From NCBI RefSeq assembly GCF_006345805.1, contig NW_021834145.1:1-52457 (forward strand): DNA of 52,457 bases, written 5' to 3'. The stretch's first letter is position 1. Each line of letters begins with the position of its first letter. Of the stretch, positions 11,277-22,821 are shown in pieces. Below the pieces are notes generated by a model. That model was not told where the DNA came from. It worked only from the letters and a program-made list of their open reading frames with translations, and made no database searches. The position numbers and the translations under genes were made by a program. The stretch is from Octopus sinensis. Taxonomy: Eukaryota.

Positions 11277-11483
11277 TTTGTGTGTCTGTGTTTGTCCCCA
11301 ACATCGCGTGACAACCGATGCTGGTGTGTTTACGTCCCGTAACCTAGCGATTCGGCAAATAAGACCGATAGAATAAGTACTAGTCTTACAAACAATAAGT
11401 CTAGGAGTCGATTTGCTCGACTAAAGCTGGTACTCCAGCATGGCCACAGTCAAATGACTGAAACAAGTTAAAGAGTAAAGAGT
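11277..11483 (+). mobile_element. 3' half of the same SINE family as 7458-7628
   Basis: gtgtctgtgtttgtcccc...ccagcatggccacagtcaaatgactgaaacaagt matches the 3' half of 24618-25147. Confidence 0.85.
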
Positions 11484-11499
11484 ATTTATATATATAGGC

Positions 11500-13650
11500 C
11501 GAAATGTCTCTCCACACCAGACATTGACATGTCCCGGAGCACAAGGCCATAATAAATAGGAGCAAGATTCCAAGGGAGAGGAAGATCCTCATGAGACGAA
11601 GGACGAAGGTTGCAAATCGACTCAACCAGCATCCCAAAAGTAGCGAAACGTCCCGCCTAAAAATAACACTGATGGAGATCGAAAAAAGGCTGCAACAATC
11701 CTATGTGAGGGAGAAAGCAGACAAAGAAGCCTGGGTTATAAAAAACACTAAGTCAAACCCAAAGGCCTTCTTTCATTACGCGAAAGCCTCAGTACACTAA
11801 AACATAGGAACCCTCCTCCAAAAGGATGGCTCCCTCACATACGGTCCAACTAAGATCAGTGAGATACTGAATGACCACTTAAAAAGTGTCTTTATCACCC
11901 CGTTGGAACACAGACAATTGAACGAACCAGTGGACTTCTTTGCCGCATCACCTATAACCAGCGTGGCAGTTACAATGGAATATATGGATATTAGCGAAGA
12001 AGATATACTACTAGCCATAGAGGAAGTGGACACAAACTCAACTGCTAGTCCTGATGGTTTCCCAGCAATCCCCTTCAAATCGTGTAAAGATTCTCTGGCA
12101 AAACCCCTCCAGATTCTCCTCCAGAGCTTTCTTACAAATGGCAAACTGCCAAGCAAGCTGAAGGCGGGAATAATATACCCAATACATAAAGTGGGAAGTA
12201 GAGCAGATGCCAAAAACTATAGGCCTATCTCTCTGACTTCACGCATCAGCAAAGTCATGGAACGGATAGTCAGAGGGAAACTAATCGCATTCCTTGAAGA
12301 AAATAACTTGCTGAGTGATACCCAGCATGGTTTTCGACCATGTAGGAGCTGCCTGACCCAGCTCTTACAATATTATAACTGGGTGTTGAGGCAGTTACTC
12401 AACAAATCAAATGTGGACGTTATATACCTTGATTTTGGAAAAGCTTTTGACAAGGTGGATCATGGTATGATATGCCACAAACTGCGTGACCTTGGCATAG
12501 CTGGACTGGTTACATGACTTTCTGAAAGATAGGAGTTAGGCAGTAGTGGCTAATGGATCCACCACTATGAACACGCAAATAGTGAGCGGTGTTCCACAGG
12601 GCACTGTCTTGGGACCACTGCTTTTTATAGTGGCCCTCTCAGATATGCACTCAAATGTCCGGATAGCCACCCTTGCAAGTTATGCAGACGATACGAAAGT
12701 CTCACAGAAAATACAGAACCCCAGCGATGTGGCACACCTGCAGCAGGAGCTGGATTCAATTAACAGATGCGCTGACGATAATAATATACAGTTTAATGCT
12801 GAAAGATTCCAAACCCTACGCTACCAGAATCCAAAACTGAATATGAACCATACAGGGTACACCGGTCCACAGGGAATTTCAATCCCAGAGCCTAAGTCAG
12901 TGAGGGACCTGAGTATCGACATGAGTGATGATGCCTCTTTCCAAGTGCACATTACCAGGATGGCGACAAAGTGCAGACGACTGGCTGGATGGATCCTAAG
13001 AACATTCAGAACCAGAGATAAGGAAACTATGATGGTCCTCTGGCAGACATTCGTCCTCAGCCGCTTGGATTACTGCTCCCAGCTCTGGTCACCCAACAGT
13101 GTGATATTAACAGCGGTCCTTGAAGCAATCCAGAGAAAATTCACAAAGAAGATCGTCTCTTTGCAACAGCTCAGCTACTGAGAAAGGTTGAAACAGTTAA
13201 GACTCTATTCCCTGGAAAGAAGACGGGAGAGGTATGCAGTAATATATTTTTGGAAGATCCTGGAAGGAATTGTGCCAAATTTTGGCATTGAGAGCTACAC
13301 CAATGCCAGAACGGGACGACACTGCATAGTGCCAAACGTCCCAGCTTTGCCATCACGCTTCAGGACCAGCTACTGCAAAAACCTGGGTTTCAAGGGCCCA
13401 CAGCTTTTTAATATTCTCCCAAAGAGCCTGAGGAACTTGCACAAAGTAGATGTAGTGGTTTTTAAATCAAAGCTGGACCTCTTCCTGTCGAGAGTCCCAG
13501 ATGAACCTACCTCACGGCAAGAGGTATAAATGAGGGTAGCGATATCAAACTCCATCCATCACCAAGTGCCACATATTAGAGGAGGCTCTTCGTAATAACA
13601 CTGTAGCAAAACGGCAGAGCATCAGCATGGTCACAGCTCATTCCCTGTGT
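11500..13650 (+). mobile_element. 5'-truncated CR1-group LINE, reverse transcriptase pseudogene
   Basis: ORF pieces 11591-11800, 11903-12517, 12546-13181 and 13188-13529 contain NYRPISLTS, QHGFRP, YLDFGKAFDKVDH, GVPQGTVLGPLLF, YADDTK and LRLYSLERRRER. They are broken by stops and frameshifts. Confidence 0.93.
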
Positions 13651-13916
13651 TGCTTGTCTAATTTTTCATTTGTTTCTTTCGTTGCTTGCAAAAATAGCCC
13701 TTATTCAATGTCCTCGCACTTCGTATTATTTCTTGTTTATGTTTTGTGTCGTACTGTGCCCACATATGCATATACGTAAACATGTATGTACATATACGTA
13801 TGTATATATGCATGTATATATATATTATTTATATTGTTACATGCTTGAACGCCTCGCATCCTTTTCTAAGTAAGTTTTACATACACCCACGCACACACAC
13901 AAACACACACACACAA

Positions 13917-13987
<71 letters not shown>

Positions 13988-14128
13988 CAACAATGATATC
14001 CAGAGGAAATGCATTACCTCTGGGTATCCTTGTTGCTTATTTTGATTATAATCTCCCCATTTTGAATTATATCGATAATACCATACTAAATTTTGGTGCC
14101 TTTAAATTAAGTACCATACTCAACTGAA

Positions 14129-14162
<34 letters not shown>

Positions 14163-14166
<4 letters not shown>

Positions 14167-14471
14167 CGTCATCACCGTGACCGACCAGGCTATCAGATGT
14201 TGCTGCACATCGCTGGTCACAATGCGCTTTGCATTATTTTAGCCTTCAAATGAAGCCACCCCGCTGACTAAGCGAGCAGACCAACAGAAGAAAGAGAGTA
14301 AGATGTGGCGAAAGAGTACAGCAGCCCCTGCTGTACTCTTCGCCACCCCGCCCTGCCAGAGACACCTGGAGCTTTAAGTGTTTTCGCTCAATAAACACTC
14401 ACAACGCCCGGTTTGGGAATCGAAACCGCGATTCTACAACAGCGTGTCCGCTGCCCTAACCACTGGGCCGT
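14163..14471 (-). mobile_element. tRNA-derived SINE, second family
   Basis: Head ggcccagtggttagggcagcgg...ggtttcgattccc carries A- and B-box-like motifs. The 5' body is shared with 21424-21803 but the tail differs. Confidence 0.8.
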
Positions 14472-15814
14472 ATGTATGTATGTATATATATATATGTGTG
14501 TGTGTGTGTGTACGCATACATGGAATCATATATGAACATACTTACATATATGTATGTATGTTTATACATAAATTTACATAAAGAATGATAAGATCGTTAA
14601 ATTAAAAATAAAATAATGATTTTATCAAGTGGTCAGCATGGAAAAAATAACTTTCAAAGGTAATAAGTATTAAAATTATAAATTATAATTAGGGTCTCTA
14701 CGAGATCATGGCTGCTATTTTCAGTATGGTGGTAGATACCCTAATTTATATATATATATATATATATACATATATATACATATATATATATATGTGTGTG
14801 TATATATATATATACATACATACACACACGCACACACATACACACAAATCACAAGAAAACAAATATATGAATTAATGCATTCTATATTTCGAGGTTATGA
14901 CCCCATTTTCAAGAAATTAACGAACATTGCCGATTGCATATTGTGTGAGCTCATACACACACACATCCGCAACATTCGCTAATTTCTTGAAAATGGGGTC
15001 ATAACAACGAGGGAAACAAATGGAAAACAAGACAAGTAACTTAAAGAACGACCTTTAATCGGTTATCGGCTGCTTATCTACTCCACATTTCGAGCAATTC
15101 ACGAGAAGCGACTGGACTGCGTTGGAAATCTCCATCTCAAAAACTGTGGTTACTAGGGCAACAAAACCCATCTGCGATTGATTCTACAAGCTGTGGAGGT
15201 TGTGTTTTGTGGGCGATTTTAATAAAAAGCACACTTGCATAACCTACAGGCTCTTCTGTTTAATAGTTCGTCAATGTTTTGTTGAAAATGTTGTTTAAAA
15301 GAACAGATTTTATGAAGTGAAAAAAAATTACACTTTTAGTCGTATTAGCGTTTGATTTTTTTGCTACTGGCATCTTTCATTTGTTCTGTAAAAAATTATA
15401 CCACCCTGTAGGATTTGATGTGAAATAATTTTTGGATTTTGGTTCGTTCAAAAATTCCGCAGATAAGTACAAAAATAACCAAGTTATAAGGTTATTTTTC
15501 ATTTTATTTTCTCGATTTAGTGGCACGAGACGATAGGCAAGATTTCTTCGCGTTTCCCTGAGAATGCTTATCAATTTTGTTTTCATATTTTCATGAAGAC
15601 TGTTCACCCGTATTTAACAATTTTTTCTTTTTCGTTCACGGTCACTTCACTTCAAAATCACACCGACCTCTCAACGATGCACAACTCTCTCTTCTTACCG
15701 AGTACTGGTTGTATTTGCTCCACCCTCCCGTTAGCCCGAGTAAATCTTCCATTAAATGTTTCCTTTCCCATTTTTCCAAACGATTCAGTTTGCCCTTTGT
15801 CTTTTAGGATTGGC

Positions 15815-16535
15815 ATGTGCAACCTGATCACTACTGCAAGGTAGCATGTCTGTTCGTACTCATCGCACAGTCTACCTGTCACTCTGAGCGAGAGGCCCTT
15901 TGTCACCAGCAGAGGTAAGAGCTCTCTGAACTTTGCCCAGGCTATTCTTATTATAGTAGCTAAACTTTCAGCGCACCTTCACCCGCTACTGACTTGGTCA
16001 CCTAGGTAATGGAAGCCATCAACTACTTCTAGTTTTTTCCCTGGAATGTGGCGGAAGTTGTTCTCTGCACATTTTCAGTGTTTATTGCTCCAGAGCATCT
16101 GCCACATACAAAAACTATCTTCCCAGTCAGTCTTCCTTTGATATTGCTGCATCTATTATGTGTCTATAGCATAAACTGGGTATATCTTATAGAGTTTCTA
16201 CCTACGCCTTTTCAACAGATCGAACAGGGCCATCTACCTGAAGGGATCTGTGGTTTATCTGCCTTCCTAATTATTAGGACTTTAGTTTGACTCAGCAATT
16301 AGAGAAAGGCCGTCAGCATAGAGAAGCTCCCAGGGGTATCCTGTCTTGAATTTCTCTGTTATTGCCTGGAGGACAATGATAAATAGGAGGGGGCTAAGGA
16401 CTGAACCTTGGTGGACTCCTACCTCTACTCGGAATTCTTCACTCTAGTCGTTGCCAACCCTCACCTTACTAACAGCGTCCCTGTACATGGCTTGCACAGC
16501 TCTCAGTAACCATTTATCTATCCCATTCATCTATC
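15815..16535 (-). mobile_element. RTE-clade LINE fragment (RT core)
   Basis: Minus-strand translation gives VGVHQGSVLSPLLFIIVLQAITEKFKTGYPWELLYADGL and LEVVDGFHYLGD...AWAKFRELLPLL, with stops. Confidence 0.85.
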
Positions 16536-17157
16536 CCTAGTTAATAATATGTATAGATATTGAACTATTTCTATGTAATTTCTTTTCTTCCTTCAATTGT
16601 GGTAAAAGTTTGGTATATACTCAAAAGTATTCGAAAAAACTTTTTATACTTTTGTTACAATAATCTTCTTAATAATCTTCTGAATAACTCTAAACTTTAA
16701 CTTCATACAATATGGCAATATTGTTAAAAATATTTAACTATAGTACCACATGATAAAATTTCCCGTTTCATCATCAATGGTCTACTAGTGGCTTGCCCCT
16801 TTAATTGTCAGCTAACATCTTGATTTAAGATTTCCTTTACCAAATTTCATTATAATGTTTCAAATACATCATGATAGTTTATTATTACTATACTCACTAT
16901 GATTTCTGTCAACACCCTCAGCCCCCATCCTAACAGGCAGTGCTCCTTGTTCTTTTGGCCTCAGATATACACAGATTTGATAAACTAGTCTATAAATTAA
17001 AACTGACCCCATTAAACAGTGACAGCAAAATCTGTAAACAGTCTTTCTTCCTGATACCTTAGTAGCTTCTAAGCTGAAGTCAAGACAGCATATTCTTTGT
17101 CTACCCCCTTACCTTCTTGGGGATTTTAGGTAAAATTATACTAATATGTCCATATTT

Positions 17158-17245
17158 ATGCAGCTGAGGATTGTTCTGCATTTAAACTGATGTAATGATT
17201 GCATTGTTCAATTAACTGGTGTTACTTGAAACACTCGTACTGCAT
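17158..17245 (+). ncRNA. Type I hammerhead ribozyme motif with 57 nt stem II region
   Basis: atgcag CTGAGGA [57 nt] GAAA c actc g TA ctgcat. Stem I is a perfect 6 bp and the triplet is GUA. Stem II pairing is unclear. Confidence 0.55.
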
Positions 17246-17266
17246 TACCTCGGATATCCTTGTTCC

Positions 17267-17311
<45 letters not shown>

Positions 17312-18689
17312 TATATAATAAATTAGAGATCAAACCACTATTATGCAACTTAAACAGTGATAGACATAAACCCACACATAAACAACAAATGAAATATAAT
17401 TTTAAAAAACATATAACTAGATCTCAAAAAGTATAAAAATGAATAATCAATATATAACAAGTAAAAAAACTACATACGCTTCATGGCTACAATTAAATTC
17501 GAATTACAATTAAATTTACATTCAATTGAAATAAATTCAGTTTAAAATTATAGTCAATCTTCAGGTTAAAGATAATAGTTAAATAAATAAGCAAATAGAG
17601 TGAAACAATATTTATTTTTAAAATAAATAAAATAATAATTTTTCTTTTAGAAAAACTCTATTAACTAAATTTGAAAGTTAAAATATAGGATTATTTCGTA
17701 GAACATATTTATTATGTAAAATATTTAATAGTTAAGGTAAAAAAATATTTAATATTTAAGGTGAAAAAAGATAGAGAAATATGTATTTATCTGTGAAGAT
17801 ATAATTTGGCTTAAAAATCATTAATAAACTATCGAATATCTTTAACTCAGTTATACTCCAATATTTAATTACCAAATTATTTAAGAAAATAATCACTATT
17901 AATATTTTTAGATTTTAGTTCGCATATAATAATTATAAAATAATAAATACATAAAAATATGTATCCAAATTATAATCAACAAATATTGTAATTAAAATCT
18001 AAATTTTTCTCTATCAATAAATGTATAAACATATAACCAAAAATAAATTAGTTCATTAATACTTACATAAATATTATAGATATCTATAGAATATATTTAT
18101 GAAATACAATTTAAGAATTAAAAAATTCAAATTAAAAACGTATAACCTATCTTTGTAACATATTTATTATTACTATTATCATCACTATTATCAAAAACAT
18201 TTTTACGATCAATATCGCAAAGTGACTAACTAATATCTTAAAATCTACGTTTAGTTATGGTAATTATATACTAATAATAATTAAATAAATGTACAAATCT
18301 AAATTATTATTAATAACTAGGAAAAATATAAATTCAAATTTAACAATCAATAGTTATATAGAATACAATAATATTTCTTAAATAAAAAAAAGTTTACTTA
18401 TCTCTCAAAAAGCGTGTCATTAACTAAAATTTCAAAACGGAAAACGTCTTTTTGAGCGTTTATAAGAAAACTCGTGGAATTACGTTACTAACAGAGATAG
18501 AACAAACAGATGGAAATATACATTTATCAATGAAAAATACGAATACATTTTAGCTTTAATAGATAAAGAGAACAAAGTCACTAATAGAGAATAGAATCAC
18601 TATACGCTATAATATATTTCACTCTAAACCTAAAATTTAGAATTAACTACGATAAATTATACTTTTGTGTCATCTACATAGCTAGCAAG

Positions 18690-19280
18690 AATGGCTACTC
18701 AGCCGCTTGGACTACTACTCCCTACTATGGTCATCACACAATATAAAATTAACGGCAGAACTCGAAGCAATCCAAAGAGAATCAACTCAATACAACGTAT
18801 CAGCTACTGGGAAACACTGAAAGAATTAGAACTCTTTTCTCTAGAATGAAGGCGGGAAAGATATGCAGTGATATACATCTGGAATATCCCGGAAGGCCTT
18901 GTACCAAACTTTGGCATTCAAAGTTACACAAACAGCAGAACGGGGCGCCACTGCATAGTGCTAATGATCCCAGAATTTCTATCAAAATACAGGACTAGAT
19001 GCTGCAATAGCGTGGATTTCAAGGGCCCACAGCTCTTCAATATCCTTCCAAAATACCTGAGGGACGTGCATGGTATGGATGTAGGTGTCTTCCAAACAAA
19101 ACCGGATCTCCTCCTTCAAGACTTCCAGATGAGCCTACCTCACGGCCGGAAACACAGATGAGGGCAGTGGCATTAAACTCCCTCATTTACCAAATGCTAC
19201 ATATCAAAGGATGGTTCAGATAATAGTGTAACACAGTCAACGTTGGTGCCCCAGCATGACCGTAGCTCTGAAGCTGAAGA
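18690..19280 (+). mobile_element. 3' fragment of a CR1-group LINE related to 11500-13650
   Basis: RRERYAVIYIWNIPEGLVPNFGIQSYTNSRTGRHCIV...GPQLFNILPK parallels ORF 13188-13529 and ends in a stem-loop tail. Confidence 0.88.
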
Positions 19281-19389
19281 AATTTTAAAATTAAAGATTA
19301 AACATTATACACACATAAAAACATATCAGCAATGTCGCAATGCCTCTTTCTAAAAGAAATACACACCAGTATAATTGAAAGCAGCATGA

Positions 19390-20160
19390 TGCCTCCGTAG
19401 TTGTAGTCCTGTTATTACTTATGCAAAGACATTATATCGGTATTGCAAAGATCACTTAGAATTTCCCCTCTCTCCCTCTACAATGTGAAGTGGTCAGTGA
19501 CCTTCTGAAGAAGTCAACCCCAGCCATGCTTGTATACCTCAGCTGAATGACCACTACCACCACACTCTTGAGGGTTCTCAGCTTAACAATTACTGCCTTG
19601 ACCTCGCCTATAGAGAGTGGATGGTCCAGCTCTGTTTCCTCCACTTGCTGTAGTATTCTGCTAATGGACGTTGCTTGCACTAAGCATGTGTCTCCGAACA
19701 TGCGTAGTTTTCATTCCTGTGATACAAAATCTCATTATTCTCCGTCGGCAGAACCATTCCATCAACAGAGCACAAACGGGCTTGAGTTTGGTAGGTGGGG
19801 CCGCTAATTGTGTGAAGTGCCTCATATAAGAATTTGATGTCTCCCTGGTTAGCATGACGTAGCATTGTCTCTTGCTTCCCACCAATTGTTCGGGATGTGC
19901 CACAGTTTCTGTTGGAGATATCTAAAGGCAGAATTATTGGCAGACTTGTTTATCTGGATGTTGGCGTTGGTGAGTATTCTTTGGTGACAAATATGATTCT
20001 GGTGGAGAAATTAATGTATTTCTTCATCGTTTTCAACAAACCACTCCTTGTTCTCTCTCAAGAAACCCTCCATCTCAGCAGCTTCTCCCGTACCGTAGTT
20101 TTGGGAGTCTTGTAGGGGAAGCAGTTGGCAGCTTTGGTGGTTTACACCTTTTTTCTATAA
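19390..20160 (-). mobile_element. RTE-clade LINE fragment (linker between endonuclease and RT)
   Basis: NQGDIKFLYEALHTISGPTYQTQARLCSVDG and ELDHPLSIGEVKAVIVKL match typical RTE ORF2 pre-RT segments. Confidence 0.7.
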
Positions 20161-20280
20161 GAGACGTTGACTGCAGAGTTTGTCTTTAGAAGTTTAAATA
20201 TATGACAAACATATTTTAACTAAGCTAAAGTATGCTTAGATTAGTATATTGATATAAACACTCTCTCTTTTATCTATACT

Positions 20281-20670
20281 TTTTTACTTGCTTCAGTCAT
20301 TTGAATATGGCCATGCTGGAGCACCGCCTTTAGTCGAGCAAATCGACCACAAGACGTATTCTTTGTAGGCCTAGTACTTATTCTATCGGTCTCTTTTGCC
20401 GAACCGCTAAGTTACGGGGACGTAAATACACTAGTATAGGTTGTCAAGCGATGTTGGGGGACAGACACAGACACACAAGCATACACACACACATACATAT
20501 ATATACATATATACGACGGGATTCTTTCAGTTTCCGTCTACCAAATCCACTCACAAGTCTTTGGTCAGCCCGACGCTATAGCAAAAGACACTTGCACAAG
20601 GTGCCACGCAGTGGGACTGAACCCGGAACCATGTGGTTGCTAAGCTAGCAACACAGCCACTCCTACGCCT
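20281..20670 (-). mobile_element. Full-length tRNA-derived SINE (same family as 24618-25147)
   Basis: Reverse complement has the complete head, a short central (TA)/(TG) tract and the GGCGGTGCTCCAGCATGGCC tail. Confidence 0.92.
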
Positions 20671-20963
20671 ATGTGAAATTTTTAGGTTTTCATCACAACA
20701 TTGTTTTAATGTTTGCTTGTTCATGTTTGTGAGGGTTGGGTAAGGTTTGAGGTGGATTTTCCATGACTTTTATCCTTCCTGTCACCAAACCACACCTGTT
20801 TCCAAGCAAGGTAATATTCCTTGTGTTTTTGAAGAATATTGGAATAAATGACACTGCTGGTATGACAGAGACACTCATTTACAAATATTACGCTTTGTCA
20901 AGACAAGCAAACACAAGCAAACACTCACTCACTTTTAGGCATATATAAATGTGTGTGTATAGT

Positions 20964-21004
<41 letters not shown>

Positions 21005-21140
21005 TTTATGTATATATGTGTATATTTGTATGTATATGTATAAATATATACACATATACGTGTGTGTATGTACGTGACGGTCTGTGTATCGTTGGCGATT
21101 TTTCCTCCGTCTTCCCTTCCTCGGATCTTTCCTTTTCCTA

Positions 21141-21176
21141 TGTTCCTGACGAAGTGCTCCTCTCGAAACGTTAATC
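21141..21176 (+). ncRNA. Minimal hammerhead-like motif with degenerate stem I
   Basis: tgttc CTGACGA agtgctcctctc GAAA CG TT aatc. Stem III is the palindrome AACGTT. Stems I and II are imperfect. Confidence 0.45.
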
Positions 21177-21277
21177 CTCCTTCTTTCTTTCCTTTCCTGA
21201 GCGTCCAGTAACATTATACTTGTTCCACGTCCTCACATTTTTCTGTTTTGTCGTTGTGTTTTCATGTTTGTATTAAC

Positions 21278-21416
<139 letters not shown>

Positions 21417-21423
21417 TGATATG

Positions 21424-21803
21424 TAGAAGCGCAACAGACCTGTGGTTATGGCATTGGTCTCACAGTCATAGGATTGCAGTTTCGATTCCCAGACCAGGCG
21501 TTGTCAGTGTTTATTGAGCAAAAACACCTAAAGCTACACGAGGATCCGCCAGGGGTATGCGGTGAACCCTGCTGTACTCTTTCACCACAACATTCTCACA
21601 CACATTCTTCCTGTTTCTGTTGTACCTGTATTTCAAAGGGCCAGCCTTGTCACACTCTGTGTCACGCTGAATCTCCCCAAGAACTACGTTAAGGGTACAT
21701 GTGTCTGTTGAGTGCTCAGCCACCTGCACGTTAATTTCACGAGCAGGCTGTTCCGTTGATCTCAACAATTGAAACCCTTGTCGTCTTAACGGACGGAGTG
21801 CCC
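21424..21803 (+). mobile_element. tRNA-derived SINE, second family, alternative tail
   Basis: B-box-like gtttcgattccc, then ggcgttgtcagtgtttattgagcaaaaacacc shared with 14163-14471. The tail ends ...cggacggagtgcc. Confidence 0.8.
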
Positions 21804-21966
21804 TAGTAATATATTGAAATGTATATATGTATGTTTTTAAAATTATAATAAGGGTGCTGTCTGCTAGTGATAGACCCCAAATGGTCTATGAACTACTTAG
21901 ATTATTGCTCCATTACACAAAGCGTGGAAAAATAGACAGCAAAGATTTATAAAATAACTTGGCTAG

Positions 21967-22027
21967 TCCTAAATCTATAGATTTCAGTGTTTGAGTTTTT
22001 AAATACCCTTTCTAATCATCAGTAGGA
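21967..22027 (-). ncRNA. Type I hammerhead ribozyme motif
   Basis: tccta CTGATGA [30 nt] GAAA tctataga TT tagga. Stem I is 5 bp, stem III lies in the 12-mer palindrome AATCTATAGATT, and the triplet is AUU. Confidence 0.65.
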
Positions 22028-22071
22028 AATATTATGGACTATAACTGTTATAATTTAATCATCCATATTCT

Positions 22072-22113
22072 GATATAATATTTCGGAATATAAAAATTCC
22101 TTCTTCAGATATC
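22072..22113 (-). ncRNA. Minimal type I hammerhead ribozyme motif
   Basis: gatat CTGAAGA a ggaa tttttata ttcc GAAA ta TT atatc. Stem I is 5 bp, stem II is 4 bp, and stem III is the palindrome AATATT. Confidence 0.7.
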
Positions 22114-22218
22114 CCTAGAAATTGATCGAGTCACTGCTATAATCGATTTTCCAAAAGTTTTTTTAATTTTTTTACGTTTGGAAAATCGATTATAGCAATG
22201 ACTCGATCATTTCCTGTG

Positions 22219-22260
22219 GATTTCTGAAGAAGGGATTTTTATGTTCCGAAATATTATATC
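22219..22260 (+). ncRNA. Mirror copy of the 22072 hammerhead
   Basis: gattt CTGAAGA a ggga tttttatg ttcc GAAA ta TT atatc. One mismatch in stem I and one G-U in stem II. Confidence 0.6.
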
Positions 22261-22349
22261 AGACTATGGATGATTAAAATATAACAGTTATTATAGTCCA
22301 TAGTTGTTGTGCCATTCAAAACACATTACACCAGTATGGCCATTGTACG

Positions 22350-22670
22350 AGGCTTACCTGTTAACGGTGCGGTGATTGAATATGAATTTTTAGACCAGCT
22401 AAAGATCTACAATGTCTTGTACAGAATTGGCTGCTAAAACCTTTACTGGCAACAGCCGGCTGTAGTTGTAACTGGGTTTCTTATACCTTTGCATGTCGTA
22501 TAAGTCCTCCCGCCGAATCACATTCCCTTCCCCATGCCTTACAGATACTATTAGTATGGTGTGTAACACCACCACCAGCGGCCTGGTAGTCAATCATCGG
22601 TCTCGTTTTATGACGACGAAGATGACTCTTGAGTCCAGCTTTACTGAGGCAGGGTCTTGCGCATACGTAT
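22350..22670 (-). mobile_element. 3' end fragment of an RTE-clade LINE
   Basis: CARPCLSKAGLKSHLRRH and ICKAWGRECDSAGGLIRHAKV are degenerate C2H2-like C-terminal motifs typical of RTE ORF2. Confidence 0.6.
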
Positions 22671-22785
22671 GCACATACATACATAGATACTTACCTACAT
22701 ATATGCATACGTAGGTATAGGTATATTCACTCATAAATTTGTCATTCTAAGCACACACACACTCACACATATATATATATGTGTT

Positions 22786-22821
<36 letters not shown>

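Larger units (their letters stand above)
22031..22303. repeat. Long hairpin with arms of about 125 bp and a spacer of about 22 nt
   Basis: 22031-22155 versus 22177-22303 are about 90% reverse-complementary by eye. Confidence 0.92.
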
